From: Octopus vulgaris
Taxonomy: Eukaryota
Direction of reading: 5' to 3'
Length of the DNA: 64,000 nucleotides
NCBI GenBank assembly: GCA_951406725.2
Contig: OX597839.1
Span: 31,620,001 to 31,684,000, forward strand
The translations under genes were made by a program, and so were the position numbers. Of this stretch, positions 63,651 to 64,000 are shown piece after piece (the first letter of the stretch is position 1; every line of letters starts with the position of its first letter). The notes under the pieces were generated by a model, which saw nothing but the letters and a program-made list of their open reading frames with translations, had not been told where the DNA came from and did not search any database.

Positions 63651-64000
63651 CGTCAGTAGATTCTACTAACATGGTATTTCATACATACTTTACGACACGA
63701 GTATCAAGGTTTGGTTTAGGGGTTTAATCAATCAAGCAGGTACTTTTACTCTGTTCTAGAATTCTCTTCATCTCCTCAAGTAAAGTTAAAGATATATCAG
63801 AAATAAAAATGAAACCAAACTTTTTGTTTTTCTGATCAAGAATCTAATACCGAGCTAACAAATAAGTTGTTCGCAGAAAACTCAGTGAATAAGAACAAAT
63901 TGGAATAAATGGTATTGTATTGATTTTTTTTTTTCTTGGAGAGTGACAAACAACATTTTGTCTAGATTGAGTTTTAAAAACGTTTCTATTTCAAATTTAG

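Overview
AT-rich, repeat-dense animal genomic DNA that looks like coleoid cephalopod (Octopus-type) sequence. This call rests on the SINE repertoire and microsatellite load as I recall them, not on a search. No complete protein-coding gene is visible, and nearly all ORFs in the track are artefacts of microsatellites or SINEs. The window reads as intron or 5' region of a large minus-strand gene: one well-formed ATG-containing exon (28398-28484) and several weaker alternative first-exon candidates (12402-12524, 15549-15638, 4095-4243). Interspersed repeats include three tRNA-headed SINE families (A, C, D), a 5'-truncated SINE-like family (B), two other short repeats (E, F), decayed RTE, Tx1/L1 and CR1-like LINE remnants, piggyBac-like and hAT-like MITEs, and a mariner-derived fold-back element (34221-35086). 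Family letters are my own labels. The most notable observations are: (i) short (TA)n-embedded elements carrying degenerate minimal type-I hammerhead-ribozyme cores (21035-21070, 27442-27476), plus a third hammerhead-like core (22635-22680); (ii) a templated inverted-plus-direct duplication bracketing a candidate first exon; (iii) the mariner fold-back; (iv) variable-period tandem repeats inside family B; (v) insertions that appear to target microsatellites.
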